Positions 35,288 to 49,010 are shown, counted from the stretch's first letter. The stretch is 64,000 bases of DNA from Octopus bimaculoides (GCF_001194135.2 NC_068983.1:23192464-23256463); one strand, 5' to 3'. Program-made: numbers and translations. Notes: generated by a model not told the origin, from the sequence alone.

Positions 35288-35648
35288 GAGTGGTTGGCGT
35301 TAGGAAGGGCATCCAGCTGTAGAAACTCTGCCAGTAGAAACCGTTGCCAGTACCGCCTGACTGGCCTTGTAGGGTTTTCGAGCGAGATCGTTGCCAGTGC
35401 CCCTGGACTGGCTCTTGTGCGGGTGGCACATAAAAGACACCATTTCGAGCGTGGCCGTTTTCGTGCGGGTGACACGTAAAAGCACCTACTACACTCTCTG
35501 AGTGGTTGGTGTTAGGAAGGGCATCCAGCTGTAGAAACTCTGCCAAATTAGATTGGAGCCTGGTGTTGCCATCCGGTTTCACCAGTCCTCAGTCAAATCG
35601 TCCAACCCATGCTAGCATGGAAAGCGGACGTTAAACGATGATGATGAC
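35288..35648 (+). mobile_element. RTE 3'-end fragment with an internally duplicated segment
   Basis: gagtggttgg(c/t)gttaggaagggcatccagctgtagaaactctgcca occurs twice (~35288 and ~35500); (ATG)n tail precedes the N gap. Confidence 0.88.
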
Positions 35649-35658
35649 TATATATATC

Positions 35659-35974
35659 NNNNNNNNNNNNNNNNNNNNNNNNNNNNNNNNNNNNNNNNNN
35701 NNNNNNNNNNNNNNNNNNNNNNNNNNNNNNNNNNNNNNNNNNNNNNNNNNNNNNNNNNNNNNNNNNNNNNNNNNNNNNNNNNNNNNNNNNNNNNNNNNNN
35801 NNNNNNNNNNNNNNNNNNNNNNNNNNNNNNNNNNNNNNNNNNNNNNNNNNNNNNNNNNNNNNNNNNNNNNNNNNNNNNNNNNNNNNNNNNNNNNNNNNNN
35901 NNNNNNNNNNNNNNNNNNNNNNNNNNNNNNNNNNNNNNNNNNNNNNNNNNNNNNNNNNNNNNNNNNNNNNNNNN
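35659..35974. other. Assembly gap between two inverted RTE copies
   Basis: N run. Confidence 1.
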
Positions 35975-36285
35975 TTTATGTGCCACCCGCACAAGAGCCA
36001 GTCCAGGGGCACTGGCAACGATCTCGCTCGAAAACCCTACAAGGCCAGTCAGGCGGTACTGGCAACGGTCACGCTCAGGATGGTACATCTTATGTGCCAC
36101 CCGCACAAGAGCCAGTCCAGGGGCCCTGGCAACGATCTCACTTGCATTGCCGGGTCTTCTCACGCACAGCACATTTCCAAAGGTCTTGGTCAGTAGTCAT
36201 CGCCTCGGTGAGGCCCAATGTTCGAAGGTCTTACCTCACCACCTCAGCCCAGGTCTTCCTGGGCCTACCTCTTCCACGGGTTCCC
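35975..36285 (-). mobile_element. RTE fragment (3' UTR modules plus ORF end), inverted relative to the copy across the gap
   Basis: Tandem ttatgtgccacccgcacaagagccagtccagggg modules; antisense EGTRGRGRPRKTWAEVVR appears in the ORF track (36231-36434). Confidence 0.85.
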
Positions 36286-36384
36286 TCATATATATATATA
36301 TATACATACACACACACACAGTCGTACACAGTCATATGCTTACAAATATTGTGTATATATGTAATAAAACAATATATACACAAG

Positions 36385-36782
36385 TACTCTCTTTTACTTG
36401 TTTCAGTCATTTGACTGTGACCATGCTGGAGCACCCCCTTTAGTCAAGTAAATCGACCCCAGGACTTATTCTTTGGATGCCTAGTGCTTATTCTATCCTT
36501 CTCTTTTGCCGAACCGCTAAGTTACGGGGACGTAAACTCACCACCATTGGTTGTCAAGTGATGTTGGGGGACAAACACAGGCACACATACACAGACATAC
36601 ATATATATATATATACATATATACGACAGGTTTCTTTCAGTTTCCATCTACCAAATCCACTCACAAGGCTTTGGTCGGCCCGAGGTTATAGTAGAAGACA
36701 CTTACCCAAGGTGCCACGCAGTGGGAATGAACCCGGAACCATGTGGTTGGTAAGCAAGCTACTTACCACACAGCCACTCCTA
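36385..36782 (-). mobile_element. SINE family A copy, young
   Basis: Complete modules, CpGs retained. Confidence 0.9.
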
Positions 36783-38487
36783 CATTTCTCATATATATAT
36801 CTGTACATAAACAGTGTACAAAGAAACTGAAGCACATATACCTGTGTACATAGTTATATACAACATGCTTAAGCATATCCTTGCATGAACTTAAAGAAGA
36901 CATACAGACATATTTATATATAAAGAGAGAAATACATGTCTATGTATGCGTGCATACATAAGTACCATTCTCATTCAACTTCCACTTCTCCGTGCTTGCA
37001 TGGGTCAGCCAATTTGTTGAGGCAAATTTTTTACAGCCAGATGCCCTACCTGTTGCTAACCTTCACCTGTTTCTAAGAAGGTAATTTTTCCTTTGGCCAG
37101 ACATTTTCTTTTCTCAGAAGACTGGAAATGAACAACATTGCTTTGTATGATGATGATGCTTTTTTGTATACATCGCGTGATGTCAAGACAAAGGTACACA
37201 TACACACACATACATGATGGGCTTCTTTCAGTTTCCATCTTCAAAATCCACTCACAAGGCTTTGGTTGGCATATGTATATATTGAAAAATTTTCTAAAAA
37301 TTGTCACTTCATCAAAGTCTTCATTCTATGAGAAAATGCAAAATTAATTCCAAACAAAGTGAATAAACTTGAATGCTAAAGGATTAAATAAAAATATGCA
37401 CAATATCATCTGATGGGTAACTTGAAAAATTATAGTATAAGTTTCCATTAGTGAGAGCATGTAAAGGATATTGAGAGTGTAAGACAGCATATAATATATG
37501 ATGATTTAGCTGTTCCTGTAATACATGCAGTCTTCCTGTCTCCTACTGTAACAGATGGTATCACAGACATAGAGATTTGCACACACTCATGTGTACATAT
37601 ATGTGCGTGTGTATACATGCACACACACACATCATTGAAAGTTTGAATATTGGTTTGAAAATGAAAAACTATATTTTTTTTAAAATCTGGGTCTTTTCTA
37701 TTGGTTTTTTTGCTAAATCATTAATAGGATCGTAAACCAACAGCAGCTGTCAGGTGGTGATTGATATACACATACACACACAGTAGACATGCATTTCCTT
37801 ACAGTTTCTGTTGACTAAAGTCACAAGTTATCGGTTGATTCAGGACATTAGTACAAAGCACTTGTTTCAAGGGACTGCACAATGAGACTGAACCTGAAAC
37901 TACGTTGGTGTGAAGTGAATTTCCCAACTACATAGCCATTCCTGTGTTTGTTCTCTTAACCACACAGCTATGTCTGTGTCTATGTACTCTATTAACTTAG
38001 GAGGCTTCCTTGTTACTTCAACTATGTGGTCATTTAACTTCAAAGAAATACCAGTGAAGTCTTTCAAATTTTAGTTGTTTTGATAAAGAAAGAACTCATC
38101 AAATCACTAATTCTTAAAGTGACAAATATCAAACTCCTCAAAAAGAAAATATTAATGAAGTTTTTTTGTGTCCTTTCTCTTAGTGAGAACATAAAATAGT
38201 TTGCAACCATATAATCGTTTTTTCTTTGCCCTAGTTTTGGACATTTCAAATATTTAAAAATCATCTAATTTTATTAACTATAGCAATTTGTCTATCCTCC
38301 ACTTCAATCCTTAGCAACTTCCTTCAGAGAATATTGTATTAGATAATATAGTCTGAGATGCAGTGTCTTTTTAAAAAAAACAGGATAGTCATGACTGGAA
38401 TGCTTCAATCATAGGTTAGCTTGATCAAGGCTGACCTTGTGTTAAATAACAACAGTTTTAGAAAGTTCTGAATTTCCTGTCTTTCCT

Positions 38488-38696
38488 TTAACCCTTTAGT
38501 ATTCAGATTACTCTATCAAATTTATGGCTTATTCATTTACATTATTTTGCATTTATCATGCATTATCTCGTAGCTTTGAAATTTTAGTGTTGTGATTGCT
38601 TATTTTTAAAATGGCATTGCAGGTAGGTGTGAGTGGCTAAACAAGCAAGTGGACTATTTAGGTCAGATATAACTGGTTTAAATGCTTAAGGTTTAG
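38488..38696 (+). mobile_element. Second TTAA-MITE family, copy A
   Basis: ttaaccctttagtattcaga...tgcattatctcgtagctttgaaattttag...aatgcttaaggttta. Confidence 0.75.
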
Positions 38697-39529
38697 TTTT
38701 ACATAGCTTGACTTTTCTGAACTCAAGCCATTGATTAGATTGATATAATGCATTCTATGTAAACATTGCTTTCTTCCCTATTTCTGTCTAATCATTCCAT
38801 TACCTTAGAACCCTCAACTCTGCTAAATCATGCATGTATCACGATTTTCCAGTATCTGTGCAAAAAATTGGTTCTGATTTTTGATATGACTGCTGAAAAT
38901 TTAGAGCTCATATTCATAATTGTTATAGTTTATATTTATCATCATTACTGAAGATTAAAATTGATATGTAAAAGAAAAATAACATTTGTTTTTCAGTAAA
39001 TGAATATTTCCATAACTGTTTTTGGAGTAAATATTTATATTCTCTATGTAACATAAATATAATAAATCTTATTTACTAAATTTCATCATCTTGTAATTTT
39101 GCTCTGCCCTTTCAACATTGTTAGAAGAAAAAAAGTTTTGTAATTAATTTCTTTTGGCTCACAAAGCAGAATTTGTGGTAGCAGTAAAAATATTTTGAAC
39201 TATTTAGGTTTGTCCTGAAACTTTGCATGGTGATGCAAATAAGTGTACCCTTTCTACACATTTTTGGTTTTTACCAGTATGAGAAAATCATTTTGTTGGA
39301 AATGGTACAAAAGATGGGTTATACATGAATGGGTAATATGGGAAGTTTCAAATTGACTCAACTTGGAATGGTTAAAATGCTGAACTTACAACAGAAAATG
39401 CTGTATAGAAATGCAGATTTTGCAAATTATTTTTGGATATGTTGGGCTGTTGCCAGCAAGTTCATCAACTTAATGGGTTAAAGGTTAATATTTTTAGTAT
39501 TTTATAGCTTGTTCATTACGTGGATACCC

Positions 39530-39559
39530 NNNNNNNNNNNNNNNNNNNNNNNNNNNNNN
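39530..39559. other. Assembly gap (30 N)
   Basis: N run. Confidence 1.
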
Positions 39560-40307
39560 AAAGCACATGTACTATGCTGATGAATAAGTAGTACACAATT
39601 TCTGACATTGGAGTAGTATTTTACACTTTTTTCAAGTCTACAACTGCTGAAGTATTTTTTTTTTTTAGCACAAAGAAAAATATGAAAACAAAGAGAAAAA
39701 TATAATTTTTCATATGGCCACAATAGTCGCATTTATTTCCCTGTGCCACCCTAGCTTTGGAAGGTTATCAGTTACATGATGTATGTCTCTTCCAAAAACA
39801 TATAGTTGAATGGTCTTTGCTTTCTATTAAGATGCAGAAGTTTCTAATACATAACATCAGATGTCGTCTGGAGCTCAGCATAGTAGCAGTGACCAGTAAA
39901 CGAGTACAGATGAGTAGCATGGGTCCATAAATCTTCCTTTGGTCTTGTTCTGACACCTGTTTTTAAACCCTCAAGGTCAAAGCTGCTGCTTCTCCATTGA
40001 GAAGAATACTCTCTACATACAACCTAAAGAATTAGTTTTTGGATAGGTTATTTAAGAGAACTTCAGTACGTTGCTCATGCTATTTAAAGTTGGAATCTAT
40101 TTAGAAGAGATAAAATTTCATCAGGGAACTTAAAATGGGTAAAAAAAATATCCAACTCAATTTGATTTGTTTGCTTATCTCAAATGCAATACATTTGATC
40201 AAATATTGTCCTAAAAAAATGATATAATTATTACTAGATGTAATGAAATAATTTTTATATCAGATTTGAAAACTAGCCTTTTCTTTCTTTTTTCTTTTTC
40301 TATTTAG

Positions 40308-40460
40308 TTCAAAGAACTTGTATCAAAGAAATTCAATGCTCCTGAAGAACAGCTCTGCCTCATTTTTGCTGGAAAAATCTTAAAGGATGCTGACACATTA
40401 AGCCAGCATGGAATACATGATGGTTTAACTGTTCATCTAGTTATCAAATCCGCTAATAGA
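40308..40460 (+). CDS. UBQLN1: Ubiquilin coding exon 2 (UBL domain core)
   Basis: tttag|[51 protein letters not shown]|gtaagt. [10 protein letters not shown]...GLTVHLVIK is the ubiquilin UBL signature; 153 nt. Confidence 0.97.
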
Positions 40461-40778
40461 GTAAGTAACTTTTATGTTATATTGCTATTAATGATTGCCT
40501 GTCTGCTATGCTATTCAAACAGATAATGAACCAAAACTTTAGCTCCATTTACTTACGATTGGTAACGTGAGTGATCCAACTTAAAGTTGTCTCAAATGTA
40601 TATTAATACAAGCTTTATAAATGACAGAACATGCTTACTTCCTGGGCATGAAGATTTTTAAGACATTTGCTAATAAACACCCTATACACAAATGAGATAG
40701 CTTCCTCATGGCTTCTCATTCTGTTAGAAGTAACAGCAGCCTAATCCCCTCATTACATATAACCTTAAAAGTTGTATA

Positions 40779-41006
40779 TTAATCCTTTAGTATTCAAACC
40801 AGCCATATCAGGCCTGTATATTCTACCTGTTCTATGTTCAAACAGGCCAGATTCAGCCTCTCACACACACTACACAATGTCATTCTAAAAATAAACAATC
40901 ACATCATCAAAATCTCAAAGCTACTAGAATATGCATGATTAATTCAAAACAATTTGAATCAATAAGCATTACACTTGGCTGAATAGTCTGAGTGCTAAAA
41001 GGTCAA
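40779..41006 (-). mobile_element. Second TTAA-MITE family, copy B (inverted relative to copy A)
   Basis: Contains aaaatctcaaagctactagaatatgcatga, the reverse complement of the copy A core; termini ttaatcctttagtatt / agtgctaaaaggtcaa. Confidence 0.72.
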
Positions 41007-41049
41007 ACAATGTAGTCCTAGTAGGACAAAGTGGTAAGAAAAGATCTAC

Positions 41050-41370
41050 AAATGTTGAGACTCAAAGAAAGGATGACAGAGGACTGAGACTCCTGACAGT
41101 TTGCTGTGCTTGGAAAGACATGTCAAGCTAAGTAAAAGTGTAGTTGCTCTTGCATACAGGCTCATCTGCAACCCTCTACAGCTGAGCATCCCTAGTCTTG
41201 CTGGCTCGTAAGTGCTAGTGCCATGTAAAAAGCACCCAGTACACTTTGTAAAGTGGTTGGTGTTAGGAAAGGCATCCAGCCATAGAAACCAGGCCAAAAT
41301 AGACGGAGCTTGAACAGCCCTTCAACTGGCCAGCTGTCAAACCATCCATGGAAAATGTTAAATGATGATG
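41050..41370 (+). mobile_element. Old RTE-type 3' fragment
   Basis: gtaaaaagcacccagtacac...aggaaaggcatccagccatagaaacc...gttaaatgatgatg. Confidence 0.7.
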
Positions 41371-42583
41371 GAAAAAAAAATTTTAATTCAAGATGGTGGT
41401 CTAGAACTGAACAAGAAATAAACTGAAATAAAAGAAAATGAGCAGGTTTTTTTTTAAGTAAGATATGAATACATTCAACATACAGGGAACTAAATTAGTA
41501 AATTAGTAATAGCAAAAGGTAATTAATTTCATTCCATAAATATGTGGAAAAATTGTACTTTGGTGAAAAGTGATATTTTGTGTTTTATATATTTTTTATT
41601 GGTTTGGTCTGGAGGCAAAGTCTGTGCCCATGGTCTTTATAGACCATCTGAAATAGGTGAAATTGACATAATGTTCTTGAACAGTTACAAATCAATGACT
41701 GCAAGGGAAAATGTGTAGGATAGGAGTTTCAAAGGCATTCTAGGGATGTGGTGAATTCAAGAGGAGTGGCATGAGGTGAGTCTAGAGTGCCTATGTGGGT
41801 GTAGCAAGAGACCAACTATGATGCAAATCAGTCTCAGCAAATGAATAGGCTTTCACCACATGAATACTGTTTAGAAAACTACCATCAAAAAGAACCCTTT
41901 CCTTTCTTTTCTCCACTTAAACCATAACAAAGAACCAAAACAGTCTGCTGCTGTGTAAGGAGTAAGTTAGTTTGCAGGTGTGCATCATCTGCAGGTCACA
42001 TAATGGTTATGCATGAATAGCATGTATTTAGTAGGTGTTGATTTTCTCCAAGCATTTTTCACCAAACCTCTTAGAAAGTACTATAATCAGTTGCTGTGTT
42101 TCTTGTTTTGAAGGAGTTTTGCAGGTTTTTTTGTTTTTATCTTACCAGTTGTGTATTTTCACCACAAGGAACACTGTAGAGAAAGCTTATTTAACAAACT
42201 TATTTCTATCTTCTCTAATTTGTGTGTGGTTTCCCAAAAGCTCAGTAATATTTATAGTATGGCTGTGATCATTCCATTTGTTTTTGTGACTCTTCCTTTT
42301 CAGTTTCACAACTGCTGGCCTCATAAATATTAATATCTCTATTATCTCCTGGGTTCTATGCGATCAATTGTACTGTAGCATAGCTACAGTCCAAAGTGTA
42401 AACTGATAAAATTAGAAAATCTCCATGCCATCTAAATATATAAATCAGTAAAATAGGATTTTATAAAGGTGGGGTACAATCACGAGAGATTTTCTGGTTG
42501 GTTGTCAGGCAAGCATTTTTCTTGTTCATCCTATTTTGTTATCAGAGTGCAATAACATTTTAGCTGACATATCTCATAAGAGC

Positions 42584-42811
42584 TTAACCCTTTCGTTACT
42601 GTATTTATTCTGAGATGCTCTGTGTTTCTTTCAGTTACTTTAAATATAACAAAGAATTTAGTAAAACAACTTAGCTATCATTAAGCTAGTGTTAGCAATA
42701 TAAATTGTGACCAAGGTTTGGTGGAAGATTATAATTCGAAACTTATGAAAACAAGACATTTGTACCCAAAGCCAGAGCCGGTTTCAGCTGGGTTGGTAAT
42801 GAAAGGGTTAA
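42584..42811 (+). mobile_element. TTAA-flanked MITE, copy 2
   Basis: Same sequence and length as 15339-15566. Confidence 0.9.
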
Positions 42812-44379
42812 GGAGTTAATGACTTGTTTTATAGTATTGTAAACAATGTGATGTAACTTCCTTTCACACCTGTACTATTATTTCAAGATGATTGGTTATT
42901 GTCATCATTATCAAGGTTTTTGTGTTTGCCTCTCCCTGCTAGCATAGCTAGGATAGCAGTTCTGAGATAATGTTTTACAACCAAATATACTTCCTGGTGC
43001 CAATCTTTTTTTTTTTGTCACTTACAATTTGCAGAAATAAAGTGTACCAAATTTTGTAACTAAGATACACAGGCTTTAATTTAAATCTATAAGTAGTCTA
43101 AATTTAAAGATTACAAACTGATTTGTCATCTCACTTTAACAGTATTATTAAGTAGCTGATAGTTTAGTTTGAGTTGATCTTCATTTAGTCGGTATCAGTG
43201 GGATCTGAAAAGTGTCAGGTTGAGTTTGCTGACTAACCAGTGGTTTGATTAGTATATACAGTTTATCCAACAGCTAACCACTACATGCTACCTTTTAAAA
43301 TACTTTGTGAATCAGGAGAACAAAATAGTTAGTCAAAGAAAAAGATATTAAACAAAAGGCAAGTGAAATTTAATGGACAGGTAAAATAAAGGATTCAGGT
43401 ATAGTAAATTCTGTTGGGTTACTTAAAGTACATTGCTATTGGTTCCAAAGTACAAAGTTGGCATTTTTAACAAAGTAAAGTACCAGGAAGTGGAGGCTGT
43501 CAGAATTGCTGTTTCATTTTGAAAGCTGACCAAAACATCATGAACTGGTGTTGGCACAATATCTTCTTCAGGAAGTAGTGATAAGGTGCTACATATCTGG
43601 GTTAGCAGTTGATGGCACTAAATTTTTAAATGCTGACCCTACTGGTGCATGATTTTTAGTTATTTTTTAAAAATCTGTCTTTCAAACTAAGCTGTTTTAT
43701 GTATTTTGAATTTTCTTTGATTAGTTTATCCTTCAAAATCTAAACATCCCTTTTTCTTGGTCATCTATTAAACTGCATTGCCCTCGCATCTTTACTTATC
43801 AGCTAAATTAACTTAGGAACTCTTTCTTATTTTCAACACTGCTTTCATCTCCACCATCTTCTTTTTCATAATTTTCATGGCCTTACACATCTCCACGTTT
43901 TCTGAGTTGGTTATAATAAGCAGCTTCTACTTTAAATCTATTTTGCAACATCATGTCCTCCATCCTTGAAGCAAGATCCTTAGCAGATGGATTAGTAAGG
44001 TCATAGGTGAAAGTGGTTCATGTATATAATCTGTTTTATTTTTGAAACTCTAAACTCTCTAAAGTCATTTGTAGTGTCCTCATCAGATATAAACTCAAGC
44101 ATTAAATTTAGCCACAGTTTATACTATCCATTTTTCAGTATGGATACTTCTACAGATTTCCAAGCATTGGCAATGCAATAAACCACAGCTTTCACATATC
44201 TTCCATATTATTGTTACTTTGGGGAAGAGTCGTAATTAATAAAGCTTAGAAACACACCAGTTGTTGTTTGTCTATATTTCTCCCTTTTTTTTTTCTCCTA
44301 AAGCAGTTGCTTATGTTCCCCCAAAATATTTTTCAGTATATCAACCTGTAGCCTTCCCATTGATTGTATATTTTTAAAA

Positions 44380-45290
44380 GCCTGGTTTTGCTATTGTTAC
44401 ATTTCTAGAGTAACCTTGTAAGCAAATGACACTAGCATTTATTGGTTTACTTTGTTCCCAACTGTTGCTAGCACTGATATCATTTTTTTGACTTATTTTA
44501 TCCTTACTCTTGTATTATTGTGGTGGATGGCTGTCATTAGTGGAGAGGAGGTGTTGTTACACCACTTGTTCTTTATATTAAGCTTGTGATGGTGGAGGGT
44601 CTGTTTCCTGTATTTGTATAGCTTCTCTAATCTGTTGTAAGGTTGAGTGTTCTGGATATGCTGGTATATTGATAGTGTGAATACTTGTTGTACTCTCTTC
44701 AGTTTTCTGCATTCTTTTCATGTAGGCTGAGTGATGTCTCCCATGTAGGTTATAGTGGTGTCCCTATAATGCCTCTTCATGCATGCCATATAGAGTACAT
44801 AACAATTATAGGTTTGCTGTTGGTCAGAGCAATGTATTTTCTTGGTAGAACTTGATGGATTTGCCTATTTTTTTCTTCTACTTTGATTTTCTGCTTTGTA
44901 TCAAGCAATTTGTTCCTAAATTTGCAGTCTTGTTCGCCCCTGGGTATAGTATTTATGAACGTCACAGGTTGGAATTTGTTTTCGCCATACCAGGAGTTTT
45001 TCTTTCCAGTCTTTTCCAGGATTTGTTTTGGTACATGAGTACACTCTATTAGCAGTGTTGCTTGTGATTGTTTCATTTCCTTTATGTACTCGTGTCCAAT
45101 CTTGTTGGTTGTATCCAGAGAATTGTGACTCTTATAATAATATTCCTTAAGAAATTCTTGTACTGATTTGCCAGAATTAAATGCACTCAGCAGGTACCTC
45201 ATAAACCAGGAGCAATACTAAGAAATAAGAGAATGTAATATAACATTGTCCTGCAGTTGAACTAATTATGTACAGTTAGATGATAGGAAG
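44380..45290 (-). mobile_element. Degraded Penelope-like element (GIY-YIG endonuclease region)
   Basis: Frameshifted minus-strand pieces IIVMYSI, TYMGDITQ/LHEKN and QIREAIQI, compatible with the V-Y...Y-I-G-x-T-x-R-x-L and I-R-E-A-I-x-I motifs; Lys-rich upstream ORF 44777-45202. Confidence 0.5.
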
Positions 45291-47271
45291 AGACCAAAAT
45301 CTTCCCCAATACAAGGCAATTTCATCGACATTGTAGACTGGATCCAGATTTAATTTTTCATCAGAAACTAACTTTGCAAACTTGTCAACAAATGCAACAG
45401 CTTCTTTGTATAGAGAATGCTTTTTGCCTAACACCACACAGTACTTTAAGGCATGTCATTGTTTGAAACAGTTAAGCTAAACTTCATTACATTAACACTT
45501 GTAATCTAGTCTTTGGTCTTCATGAAAAACTATAGCTTGTTCTTTCAATAAATTCCTACACTACTTAACATCTTCACCTGTGCAGAGCTTAAACCACATT
45601 ATCAGTACTTCATCCAGTTCTCAACATTTCCTATTTTTCATTGTTTTCCTTATACATCTTTTTTCTTTCTCTTTGTCATACGCAATGTTCTCACAGAACC
45701 ACCATTGAGTTTTTGAGGAGTTCAAATATATATGTCATGGAACCATGGCTGGAGTTAAATGTGAGCAGGTTATATGTGCAAAATAATAAGAATGGCTTGT
45801 CAGTATTTACAAGTTTGCACCAAAAACATATTACAACCAACACTACCAAAATAGTAGTGGCAGATTGGTGTGCTGGATTGGAAAATTAAGTTCAGATTAA
45901 TGATGGAACTGGATTATCAGTGGTTGGATTAGTGAGAGTTGACTGTATTTGGAAAAGGAGGAAGGAGTCCTGCCTTTTACCAGACAATGACAAGTTTCTC
46001 TAAACACTGTTCAAATAGCAGTGAATTTTTCATATTAAGTGCTGAAAATGTAGTGCTTGAACAGAAAGAAACCAAAATACTTTTGTATAATTACTTAAAT
46101 TAAATAGATGAAATATTTGCTGTAATTTAAGATGAAAAGGAATCTAATTCACCAACAGTATATTGGTAAATACTAAATTAAATCAAAAATATTTCAGATG
46201 TGTATTAATATTTAGCTGAAAAAGACAATGGAGGTTGTTGGAACAGTAACATACTAAATTGAATGCCTTATATTATCTAATTCAATTCCTAACTATTCTG
46301 AATTCAGAATTAGCAAGTTTATTTTCTAGATTTATACATCCTACCTCTTTAATAAATAGTTTTGTAATCATTCAAAAGAGACAGATACATCTTTTTTTAA
46401 AAAATGGTGTTTGCTAATTGTTGTTAATTTCTATTGTTGGTAGTTTTTAAAAGTTTTGATTGCCAAATGTGAGAGTCGTATTTGAATTGTAGTTAACTGA
46501 CAAAACTACTGTGTATCATACTAAGTCTTGTACTGTCTGGTATATTGGATAAAAGTATTGGAACCCTACATGCAAGGTTTGAGTTAAATTATACACGTAC
46601 ATGCACTTGAGCACAAGCACACATACATGGCATTGATGAGGGATGAAGACAGCTTTTTTAAAATGTATTCTACTAAATATAAACACATTAGAAATGGGCT
46701 TGAAGAAGTATCAGCATTGCACACAGTGTGAATCGTGTTAGAAAATAATTGCTATAAGTTGGTAATTCATTGAAACTAGACTTGGGTGTAAAACTTTAGT
46801 GTCACCTTCATAAATCTCTGTTTTGGATTAGAAAAAAAAAAAAAAAATTTTGTAAGAGCTTTCAAATTCTGCCCCAAGCTGACTTGTGTAAATATACACG
46901 CCTATTCTACATTGTGTTTATGGATGAAATGCTTATAAAATGTTCAGTTCTTTTAATTATGTAATCAAAAGCTAAATAGTCTACAAATATATCAAATGAA
47001 ACTATTTGACTTCCGCTTCACTGATTACTGAATTTAAGACATTATCTGCTCGAATTCTTCAAAATATATTGTGAAAGGATGGCTTGTGGCAGGTTTTCAT
47101 ATACCAAGAATGTATGAAAACTGGCAAAAGGAAAATTTATGTAAACTTGTCAAACAGTTTAGAAAACTGTTAAATCATGTTTAATGATATATGATTAAAG
47201 TGAATGTTAAAATGATGATAATTTCTATTTTTGTCTTTTAATTTTATTACATTTTTGTTTTTAAATTTTAG

Positions 47272-47490
47272 GCTACTGCTGGTAACACTGGAGGAACCAA
47301 TAGCAGTAACACTTGTCCAGCAGGAGCAGGAGGTACCAGTACAAGGCCAAGCAACAATACAAGCAGTGCTAGTGCTAATATCGGAGCCACTCCTTTTGGA
47401 TTAGGAGGCTTAGGAGGTTTGGCTGGTCTTGGCAATTTAGGAATGGGGTCTGCAAATTTTATGGAAATGCAACAGAGAATGCAAAGAGAG
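47272..47490 (+). CDS. UBQLN1: Ubiquilin coding exon 3 (low-complexity linker, TPFGLGGLGGLAGLG motif)
   Basis: ttttag|ATAGNTGG...ATPFGLGGLGGLAGLGNLGMGSANFMEMQQRMQRE|gtgtgt; 219 nt, in frame. Confidence 0.96.
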
Positions 47491-48528
47491 GTGTGTATCT
47501 GTTGATGTTTTTCATTAGAAAAAAAAAGGACTTTATAAGCAACAAACTTTTGTGTATAATGATTTAATCATCTAAATGATTATTATTAATTATCTGTGAT
47601 GCATGCTAATTAACTAATAGGTTTGTAATGTGGGATTGAAAGTTGCATGAAGGACACCTTGTTGATCCTAGTTGAGCATCAAATGCTTTGGATATGTTAC
47701 TTAATTGTAAATGCTTTCTGAAAAGAATATGAACTAATTTTTGAGAGTAAATGATGATGGTTGTGTGGTGATGGGCAGAAATGAATGCATGAAAGTAGCG
47801 AGTAATTTAGGTGATAATTTGTCATTGAGAAACAATCTTTTTATTTGATTGAAGAAAAGGTTTTAGAAAGACAATGGGATTTAGGAATTGAAAAGGATAA
47901 ATTGTAAAGTTAAGCAGAAATTTGAATAATAGTCTTGGTTAAGAAAGGAAGAAGTAGACTTTCCATAAGTCTTTTCAGAGACACTGAAGATTGTGTATTA
48001 TAGAGATTGGGTTGCCCATGTTCAGTCCACTACAGGACAAAAGCCTCAGCATGTTCTCTCTACTACAGAATGGCTTGAGATCTTACTGGTTAGTGAGATA
48101 ATGTGCTGGAATAAATTATATAGCATTGTTATGCTAGCAATGAAGTAAAGTCACTGCTTTTCATTAAAACCAAAAAGAAAGACATAAACAGTTATAAGTG
48201 ATTATTTAAGTGGAACAGAGAGGGCCTGCTTTTAGTTGATCCCCACTGGTTGATCATTGGAAAGCTACAAGGCATCCCATCAGAAACATTAAGTTTCTCT
48301 AAAGAAAGTAAATATTGGTTTGTTCGCTGGGTTTACCAACTAATATAATTTAGGTATCACCACTGTTAGTAATTTTCTCTTAATGCTGTCTGTGCTTATT
48401 TTGTTTTTCGTTTTTATAATAAATTATTTAGTAGGATATTCATAAAATGAAATGCAAATTTTGTTTTAGGTTTTAACTGATTGCTGTATGTTTATGGTAT
48501 CCTTTTTTTCTGTTGCATATATTTACAG

Positions 48529-48654
48529 TTAATGCAGAATCCCGAGATGTTTCGTTCCATGATGGAAAACCCATTTGTTCAACAGATGATGTCTAACCCT
48601 GACATTATGCGGCGCTTAATCACCAGTAATCCTCAAATGAGAGAGCTTATGGAA
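48529..48654 (+). CDS. UBQLN1: Ubiquilin coding exon 4 (STI1 repeats)
   Basis: tacag|[42 protein letters not shown]|gtaagc; 126 nt. Confidence 0.96.
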
Positions 48655-48971
48655 GTAAGCATTCTTTCTCAATTATACAACATTGTAGAGACTTTATAAC
48701 AATCGTTCTGAATACATTCTAAAACATTGTTTTTATTCTCTTTAATAGTAAAGAGAACAACAAATTATATGTATACATATATATATATATCCTCATCGAA
48801 ACAAAGAGAGAGAGAGAGGAAGAAAGATCAGAGTTAGGCTGGTCGAAAACAGAACACGAGATGGAATTATTTTGGTGGGGAATATAGGGTAACATAATTG
48901 AAATAGGTGGATAATGAGATAGAATTGGGCACCGTGAAGCAGCAAAAACTCAGGCTATATATATATGTATG

Positions 48972-49010
<39 letters not shown>

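Noticed and set aside
35593-36414. Long ORFs containing X runs (also 52754-53443, 52851-53336)
   Set aside because: Artefacts of reading through N gaps.
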